Below the pieces are notes generated by a model, which saw nothing but the letters and a program-made list of their open reading frames with translations, had not been told where the DNA came from and did not search any database. From an uncultured delta proteobacterium (GTDB lineage Bacteria > Desulfobacterota > Desulfobacteria > Desulfobacterales > QNYZ01): DNA of 64,000 nucleotides. The stretch is from assembly GCA_963845145.1 (NCBI GenBank), contig CAWJQU010000004.1, positions 448,001 through 512,000 of the forward strand. The letters are read 5' to 3'. The translations under genes and the position numbers were made by a program. Within the stretch, counting starts at the first letter, position 1; each line of letters begins with the position of its first letter. Below are positions 57,312-64,000 of this stretch, piece after piece.

Positions 57312-60300
57312 TCATTTCGGGGAGACACGAAGCGTACCGAAGATGGCGAACCGTTCCACCGCCTGATCGAGAAGGTTTTCGGGAAAAACCGGTTTGATCA
57401 ATCGTTCCAGGTCGTTCGCTTTCTTGGCAAAAGCCAATTCGGTTTCTGCCTTGAATCGTTGGCGTTGGTCGGGGTTGATGTCGGCCAGGGTGATTTTAAG
57501 GGGGTTGACGCGGCACCTGATGATGGGTTCAAAGGGTAGCCAGGCAAAATCCGGGTTTTCAAGGGTGGCGGTCACAAGATTATGTAGGTATTCGGTAGCC
57601 TCATCGGCATCCGCATGAAATGTAAATTCGATGGCATTTTGTGCGCTTATCAGGTGAATGGTGAGGGGCCTTTTTCCGATCCAGCGGCGGGTCGTCTGGG
57701 TCGTCAAACAGGCCAGGTAAAAGAGGAGCGGATTAATTAAATGTCTGCTCGGTTTTTTACTTAATTTTTTGACGCCAACAGGAACCAATACATGCCAACC
57801 GGTATCGTTATCACGCCACAACCAACGTAGGTGGCCATGCAGAACAAGGCTCACGATTTCTCCGTTCCGGCGGGGAATCGACAGGGGGAGTGGTTCAAAA
57901 CGTTTGATATGGCCACCGGTAGGGGATCCCGCCGGATTAATGGGTAGATCTGGAGGTAGATCTATGGGATCGCCGAAGATGGCAGCGGCCAAGGGTTTTT
58001 GGGCTGACATGGCCTGTTCAATCAGTGGCGCTCCCCTGGATAACATGGCCGCGAGCGCCTTTCGAAAGGTGGCCTGATCGATGTCGGCAAAAAAACCGTC
58101 AGGTGTGGCGCTTTGACGGGAGTATTCGGCATAGGTTTGGTCGAAAAGATCATGCGCTGCCTGCTCGTCATGGCAGGTTTTCTTTCCCTCGAAAATGGAA
58201 CCAAGCCATTGGGTAAAAGGCAGCATTTTTAACCGCCAATCCAATGGATATTCGGAGGCAAAGGGCTCATCTTCCATTTGAATGCTTTCTTCCAGACTGT
58301 TTTCGTCCTCAAAAAGACCTAAATGGTATTGCAAACTCGCATGAATGGGGTTTTGTAAAAAACGTGTCAGACGGTATAATTGAACCTCCGCCTGAAAAAT
58401 ATCTTCGTTTTGCAATGGGTTTGACGCGTTACGAGCAGCGAGGTCTGGATTGATGCGGGAGATGCGTCGGTTATCGGATGGGGTTAAGCGAGACTGAACC
58501 TCAGGCCAGGACCCGGTGGATCGGTAAGCAACCACTCGGTCGATAAGATGATCGTTGACACGTACATCGGACCAGGAAGTGACGGCTCCAAGCTTGATAT
58601 ATTCCGGACTGCTGCTTTTAAGGGGGACGGCGCTCAATTGAAATGATTGTCCCTGGGGGAGTACTCTGGCTTCCACAAAATGCTTTAGTTGGTTTACCAC
58701 TGTGTTGGGTGGTAATAAGCGGTCTTTTTGAAGATCACGGGAAATATAACTGATATATAGCTTTTCACGGGCTGCGAGCAAGGTTTCTAAAAACAGATAG
58801 CGGTTTTTTTCAGGGAGGCTGATATCTCCGATTCGGCGTTTTTGGCGACGTAGATCCAAAACAGTTGGTTCCTCCCGCCCGGGAAATCCACCCTCCTCCA
58901 TACCCAAAACATAAATAATTTTAAAAGGGATGGGGCGCATGGGGGTCAATTCGGAAATAGTGACACCACCGGTCAGATAATCGCCACTACCGCCGGAGAT
59001 GGCGCCCAGTCCATAGCGGAGATATTCGCTGATCAAGGTGGCATCTATCAGGGATTGGCCCTTCTGGTCGGCTAACCGTTCAAAGAAAGACAGGTTATCC
59101 AGGGCCTGAAACAAGCCCCGCTGAACGGCGCTTTCCCCTCGGTATTCGGGCGGTATCGATAGCTGCTCGCCGCAAACCGTTAGCAGCGCATCCCGCCACT
59201 GTCCAACCGTCGCCCGACCCAAATTTAAAGATGTGGCCGCACGATCCAGTGCTTCAACTACCAAACAAAATTTTTCCAGTGAATCCGTATTGCTGGTATG
59301 CAAGTCGGCATAGGGCACCAGATTTTGATAGTGGCGTGTTTTAGCCCCTGCGGTGTCATCGCTGGAAAAGATGCGCGCCAGGCGGAGACGTTGCAGCCCC
59401 TGTTTAAATGTAAAACGACCACTTTGGGGTGCCCCTTGTGACGGTGATTCCTTTTTCTGGAACATATGGAAAATATTAAGCGATTCGGCCCACTTGGCCC
59501 AGATTCGGACCTCGTCGGGTTCCACTTGCCATTTGTGCATAAAACATGGGTTTAAAATCAATTCAAAGACGGTTTTGCGGGAAAAGCGTTCCGTGGCCAG
59601 CGAAAGCAAGCCCAACACCGACTGGCCGTAGACACTTTCGATATCAGCCCGTGAATCGATTAGACTGTAGGTTAATCGTTTGGGGACACGGTTAAAAACT
59701 TGGTCAAAAACCGGTTTATAGGCGGTGATATTTGGGACCAGTATTGCGAAATCAGTGAGTTGCAGTCGATCATTTCGGGAAAGATTATAGACGATATTGT
59801 TGTACACGGTCTCTACTTCCCGTTGGATACCCGGGCAGCCATAGATTTGCAATGAACGGTCTTGATTCAGACGTTCGGAGGGGTGATCTTTTCCGAGGGT
59901 CAGAATGTTGTTTTGAATGGTTGCCAGTACCGTCCCTAACTGGTTATCTGATCGGTTAAAGGGTGAAAATCCGGCGTGAAAGACATAGTCCGTCAATTGA
60001 CAAAGCAGGCGAACGCTTTCACGACCGGGTTTACCCCAGGCGGATAACAAGGGGTGTTGCTCCGTATTATCAAGTTCTCCAGCCGCCATTTCCTCTTCTC
60101 GAAGGGATAGTCGGGGATTTCGATGCTTGATCCATCGCTTCTCCGACGGTGTTCGAATATCCTCCCAGAATTCGCGCGAGGGATTGAGGGCATAGATATA
60201 GATATCATAATAGGGTGTTAACCGGTCGATGAGGGTTAGATGGAAAGCGGAGACTTGGGATAAACCAAATAAATGGATCCGTTTTTCTTCAGCGTTGGCC

Positions 60301-60989
60301 CGAATCGGCTGATCTTTGTTTGATATAACCTGATCGGCATACTCCATTAAGGACAACACGGATTCACCGGTGCGGGTGCGAAGCGCATTGCGGGTTTTGA
60401 TCATTGCGAGATAGATGAGCTGTTCACACCGGGCGAGGTCGTTTTTCTCCACATATCCGTCCTGCCAACGACGGATCATATCGGTGCGATGGTATTCATA
60501 CTCCTGAAAAAGATAGGCCAGTCTTTCGGCCAGTTGCCAGAGTCGAACGGTGTAATCGGATTTTTTTTGACCGTCCGGTTTGTACAAATACCCCACAACC
60601 GATGCCATTTCCACATTCGCTGTTTCTAAGTGAATCAGCTCAAATAGGATCAGAAGCCTGGATTTGATATTATCGAGCCATTCGGTGGGTTGTTCTTTAT
60701 TGGGTTGATCCTCATTGGGTCGTTTTTTGGGTCCTGATTGCGTTTTAAGATCCAATGCCGCGATCATTTGCCACAATCCGATTTCCAGAAATTGAAAATC
60801 CAAATTCATGGCGATGGTGTCTCGTTGGGCGAGCATCAGCGTTAGCCATTTGGCCAGATTGGTGTTGGGAATAATTATTTTTAAAGGGAGAAACGGGTCG
60901 TCAGTCTCTTGCCGATCGGCGTCCATGTTTCGGGCCAGCTTTTCAGCCAGATGTTCGAGGTGGTTGCTAAAAAAAAGGTCAACACCCAT
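57312..60989 (-). CDS. recC: Exodeoxyribonuclease V gamma subunit
   Basis: SNHLEHL, NPSREFW, HPLLSAWGK.GR, REVE, PMRPIPFK. Confidence 0.93.
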   Translation of the reverse strand: MGVDLFFSNHLEHLAEKLARNMDADRQETDDPFLPLKIIIPNTNLAKWLTLMLAQRDTIAMNLDFQFLEIGLWQMIAALDLKTQSGPKKRPNEDQPNKEQPTEWLDNIKSRLLILFELIHLETANVEMASVVGYLYKPDGQKKSDYTVRLWQLAERLAYLFQEYEYHRTDMIRRWQDGYVEKNDLARCEQLIYLAMIKTRNALRTRTGESVLSLMEYADQVISNKDQPIRANAEEKRIHLFGLSQVSAFHLTLIDRLTPYYDIYIYALNPSREFWEDIRTPSEKRWIKHRNPRLSLREEEMAAGELDNTEQHPLLSAWGKPGRESVRLLCQLTDYVFHAGFSPFNRSDNQLGTVLATIQNNILTLGKDHPSERLNQDRSLQIYGCPGIQREVETVYNNIVYNLSRNDRLQLTDFAILVPNITAYKPVFDQVFNRVPKRLTYSLIDSRADIESVYGQSVLGLLSLATERFSRKTVFELILNPCFMHKWQVEPDEVRIWAKWAESLNIFHMFQKKESPSQGAPQSGRFTFKQGLQRLRLARIFSSDDTAGAKTRHYQNLVPYADLHTSNTDSLEKFCLVVEALDRAATSLNLGRATVGQWRDALLTVCGEQLSIPPEYRGESAVQRGLFQALDNLSFFERLADQKGQSLIDATLISEYLRYGLGAISGGSGDYLTGGVTISELTPMRPIPFKIIYVLGMEEGGFPGREEPTVLDLRRQKRRIGDISLPEKNRYLFLETLLAAREKLYISYISRDLQKDRLLPPNTVVNQLKHFVEARVLPQGQSFQLSAVPLKSSSPEYIKLGAVTSWSDVRVNDHLIDRVVAYRSTGSWPEVQSRLTPSDNRRISRINPDLAARNASNPLQNEDIFQAEVQLYRLTRFLQNPIHASLQYHLGLFEDENSLEESIQMEDEPFASEYPLDWRLKMLPFTQWLGSIFEGKKTCHDEQAAHDLFDQTYAEYSRQSATPDGFFADIDQATFRKALAAMLSRGAPLIEQAMSAQKPLAAAIFGDPIDLPPDLPINPAGSPTGGHIKRFEPLPLSIPRRNGEIVSLVLHGHLRWLWRDNDTGWHVLVPVGVKKLSKKPSRHLINPLLFYLACLTTQTTRRWIGKRPLTIHLISAQNAIEFTFHADADEATEYLHNLVTATLENPDFAWLPFEPIIRCRVNPLKITLADINPDQRQRFKAETELAFAKKANDLERLIKPVFPENLLDQAVERFAIFGTLRVSPK

Positions 60990-60991
60990 TG

Positions 60992-61435
60992 TTACTCATT
61001 TGGCGCTGGTGGGGGATCAGCCGGACTGAGACAACGCGTCAGCCCTTGTCTAAGCCAATCCGGAAGCGGTTTTTTTTTGAAGGTGACCATATCCATGCAT
61101 ACCGTCGTGTGGCGACAGATAATCCGGGCCTCATCGTCTCCCTTTTTAAATGCCCGGTAGCCGAAAGTGATGGATGTTTGGCCGATATGGTGAACCGTGA
61201 CTTCCACTTCAATATCATCGCCATAATTGAACGGGGCTGAGAAATCCGTTTCCAGATGTACGACGGGAAAGCCCATTTTGTGCTGATCGATAACTGTATG
61301 GTAATCGATTTTAAGTTCGGATGTGAAAAATTCTTCCAGGGCGACGTGGAAATAATGTAGAAATCGCGGGTAGTAAACGATTCCCGCCCGATCAATATCA
61401 CCGAACCGAATTTTCAGCTGTGATTTAAAGGTCAT
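60992..61435 (-). CDS. Hotdog-fold acyl-CoA thioesterase (4HBT/YbgC-like)
   Basis: RFGDIDRAGIVYYPRF. Confidence 0.9.
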   Translation of the reverse strand: MTFKSQLKIRFGDIDRAGIVYYPRFLHYFHVALEEFFTSELKIDYHTVIDQHKMGFPVVHLETDFSAPFNYGDDIEVEVTVHHIGQTSITFGYRAFKKGDDEARIICRHTTVCMDMVTFKKKPLPDWLRQGLTRCLSPADPPPAPNE

Positions 61436-61837
61436 ATTTAAATAGGGTCCCTTCGTAAAATTGTGCCAAGCTTAATTGAAGATTGATCCAGATTCAAGGT
61501 TGATTTGTTACTTCCACCGGGGGAAGAGAGGAAATGATTGTTTTTTTGTGAATATTTCAGTTTCATTGTTGCAACTCTAAGCGAAATTAAGGGGCCAAGG
61601 GCTCCAAAGGTTTTGGTTTTAAATGAAAGGTGCCGATATCGTGGTCTTTCGGTCTGTTTGATCTATTGAAAAATTTGCCCCTTGAGCCCGGTTCGCAAGG
61701 GTGGTAAATGTGATTCGATTGGGGATACCCGTCAATGTATTTTTTGTGGCCCGAATGAATTTTTTTTGATTGTTCTGCGAGAAAAACGGGCGTTGGGGCC
61801 TGTTTATAAATAGACGTAATTTGGCTGGGAGGATGGA

Positions 61838-62992
61838 ATGGAATTCGAACTGACGAAGACTCAAAAGCAGATTCAAAAAGCAGTCCGGGATTTTGTTAAA
61901 GGTGAATTTGACAAGGAGCTCGCCTTTGAGCTGGATCAATCCCATGAATTTCCAAGAAAAATCTGGCAGAAGGCCGGTGATATCGGTTTACTCGGCATTC
62001 ATTATCCGGAAGAATATTCGGGACAGGGGATGGGCTCCATCGAAGATATCCTGGTTATTGAAGAGCTTTGTCGGGGCGACTCATCCGTCGGTAGCGCCGT
62101 GGCCTTGGCCTCCTTTGCCTCGGAATTGATTCTGCACTATGGGTCGGACGAAATGAAAAAAAAATATTTACCTGCCGTGGCGGAAGGACGCATGCTCTCC
62201 GCGGGCGCCTTTACCGAACCGGCCCATGGATCCGATATTACCTTTATGGATACAGCGGCGGTCAAAGATGGTGACGAATGGGTCGTAAACGGGGTTAAAA
62301 CATTTATTACCAATGGCGGTTTGGCCGGATTCTACTCGGTTTTGTGCCAGACAGATTCGGCGGCCAATCCCACCTATCGAGGCCAGAGCCTCATTTTGGT
62401 GGAAGCTGACCGGGAAGGGGTAACCACGGCTGATGTGGGCGCCAAAATGGGCATCCATTTGATGGCTACGGCCGAGGTATCCTTCAAAGAGGTTCGTGTT
62501 CCCCAAGAAAACCTTATCGGTGAAGAAAACAAAGGCTTTTACCATGTCCTCCACTTTTTCGATGAAAGCCGCATTCAAGTGGCCGCGCAGGCCCTGGGCA
62601 TTGCCCAGGGGGCTTTTGACCGGGCTTTGGCTTATGTCAAACAGCGTGAGCAATTTGGCCGAAAAATCGCTCAATTTCAGGTAAACCAACACAAATTGGC
62701 CGACATGGCCACTAAAATTGAACTTGCCCGGCTGATCACCTATAAAGCGGCCTGGAATTTCGATCAGGGCCGTATCGACCCGAAACTGACCTCCATGGCC
62801 AAAATGGTTGCCGGGCGTACAGCCGTGGAAGTGGCCGACGAAGCCATCCAATTGCTGGGCGGATACGGGTATATGACCGAATACGAAGTGGAGCGTTTTT
62901 ACCGGGATGCCAAGATAACTGAAATTTACGAAGGTACCCGTGAAATTCAGAAAAATACGATTGCAGGTGCTGTTATCGGGAAGTTGAAATAA
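61838..62992 (+). CDS. Acyl-CoA dehydrogenase
   Basis: FTEPAHGSD, NGVKTFITNG, REQFG, IYEGTREIQ. Confidence 0.93.
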   Translation: MEFELTKTQKQIQKAVRDFVKGEFDKELAFELDQSHEFPRKIWQKAGDIGLLGIHYPEEYSGQGMGSIEDILVIEELCRGDSSVGSAVALASFASELILHYGSDEMKKKYLPAVAEGRMLSAGAFTEPAHGSDITFMDTAAVKDGDEWVVNGVKTFITNGGLAGFYSVLCQTDSAANPTYRGQSLILVEADREGVTTADVGAKMGIHLMATAEVSFKEVRVPQENLIGEENKGFYHVLHFFDESRIQVAAQALGIAQGAFDRALAYVKQREQFGRKIAQFQVNQHKLADMATKIELARLITYKAAWNFDQGRIDPKLTSMAKMVAGRTAVEVADEAIQLLGGYGYMTEYEVERFYRDAKITEIYEGTREIQKNTIAGAVIGKLK

Positions 62993-63004
62993 ACGGAACA
63001 AGCG

Positions 63005-64000
63005 ATGCTTAGTATCCGCAAAATCGGAGTGATCGGGCGCACCTATCGCCACCTGAACCGCTATCGGCAAATCCTGACCGTCCTGTTTCGTTACGGTTTC
63101 GGCGATTTGATCGAGACCCTGAAGATTGATCAATATATCGAAGTCGGTCTTCAAATGGTTTCCCGGAAAAAGCGCGATCGCCTGGACCGGTTGACCCGGG
63201 CCGAACGGGTGCGCCTCGTTTTTGAAGAGCTGGGCCCCACCTACATCAAACTGGCCCAGATCCTTTCCACCCGACCGGATCTGATCCCCATCGATTTCAT
63301 CGTGGAACTGGCACGGCTTCAGGACAAAGTGCCTTTCGTTGATTTTTCCGCAGTTGAGAAAATCATCGATGAAGAATTCGGAAAAGCCCCGGCGGAACTG
63401 TTTGACGAGATCGATCATACGCCGGTGGCTTCGGCTTCACTGGGCCAGGTGCATCTGGCCCGTACACTGGCCGGAGAACCTGTCGCCGTGAAGGTTCAAC
63501 GTCCGGAGATTCGTAAAACCATTGAAGTCGATCTGGAAATCATGCTTCATCTGGCGACGCTTATGGAGCGGCACGTCGAGGAAATGGCGTTGCACCGGCC
63601 GGTGAAAATCGTTGAAGAATTTGCCGATACGCTCGAAAAGGAGATGGATTATACGATTGAGGCCGGCAGCATGGAAAGAATGGCCCGTCTTTTTTTAAAC
63701 GACAGCTCGGTTTATATCCCGGCCGTTTACCGGGAACTGACGACGCCTCGAATCCTGACCATGGAATATGTGGATGGGATTAAAATATCGGACCTGGATC
63801 GTATTGAGAAAGCCGGGTACGATAAAAAACAGATCACCGTTCGCGGGGCGGATCTCTATTTGACCCAATTTTTTGAGCACGGCTTTTTTCACGGTGATCC
63901 GCACCCGGGAAATATCTTTATACTACCCGAGCATGTGATTTGTCTGCTCGATTTCGGCATGGTGGGAACGGTGGACCGTCGTACACGGGAGCTGTTCGTC
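63005..64000 (+). CDS. UbiB/AarF/ABC1 kinase family protein, runs off the window end
   Basis: Translated by eye: MLSIRKIG.., ELGPTYIKLAQ, ASASLGQVH, VAVKVQRP, FFHGDPHPGN, LDFGMVG. Confidence 0.9.
   Translation, partial: MLSIRKIGVIGRTYRHLNRYRQILTVLFRYGFGDLIETLKIDQYIEVGLQMVSRKKRDRLDRLTRAERVRLVFEELGPTYIKLAQILSTRPDLIPIDFIVELARLQDKVPFVDFSAVEKIIDEEFGKAPAELFDEIDHTPVASASLGQVHLARTLAGEPVAVKVQRPEIRKTIEVDLEIMLHLATLMERHVEEMALHRPVKIVEEFADTLEKEMDYTIEAGSMERMARLFLNDSSVYIPAVYRELTTPRILTMEYVDGIKISDLDRIEKAGYDKKQITVRGADLYLTQFFEHGFFHGDPHPGNIFILPEHVICLLDFGMVGTVDRRTRELFV

Noticed and set aside
62168..63418. 416-aa minus-strand ORF
   Set aside because: Antisense shadow of the acyl-CoA dehydrogenase and UbiB genes; no recognisable motifs.

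Overview
Chromosomal window from what is most likely an anaerobic Desulfobacterota-type bacterium. This is inferred from a tetraheme class III cytochrome, Tmc-like subunits, Hcp, MetV and many Fe-S proteins. No rRNA, tRNA or CRISPR array was recognised. From left to right: (1) An AT-richer accessory end with an SF1 helicase, a REP-like doublet, integron-cassette remnants and a vapBC cassette. (2) A ~26 kb methyl-transfer/metal/redox island at 4.2-30.5 kb. It holds two MtaA/UroD-family methyltransferases, a CbbQ/NorQ AAA+ plus VWA pair with no Rubisco or NO reductase nearby, DUF2284, DUF1638 and two COG0523 GTPases. One GTPase has an in-frame TGA exactly at the first Cys of the GCxCC metal motif, so it is a probable selenoprotein. 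The island also has a CbiMNQO-type Co/Ni ECF transporter, two PAS-LuxR regulators, a DmsD-A-B-C-type molybdoenzyme operon and a metV-tmcC/B-like-cytochrome c3-hcp operon. Three of its operons share a GGTA-N8-TACC palindrome upstream. (3) A bona fide-looking ACC deaminase with GntR and an aminotransferase. (4) A TetR-led lipid beta-oxidation operon with unusual MaoC-SDR-SCP2 and HMGS-like-DUF35-SDR-SCP2 fusions. (5) recC-flavodoxin-recB-recD and housekeeping genes. There are three different MITEs, one of them inserted inside an attC site. At least three genes are broken by single missing bases in homopolymers, which suggests long-read assembly errors. All product calls come from motif recognition by eye, not database searches.
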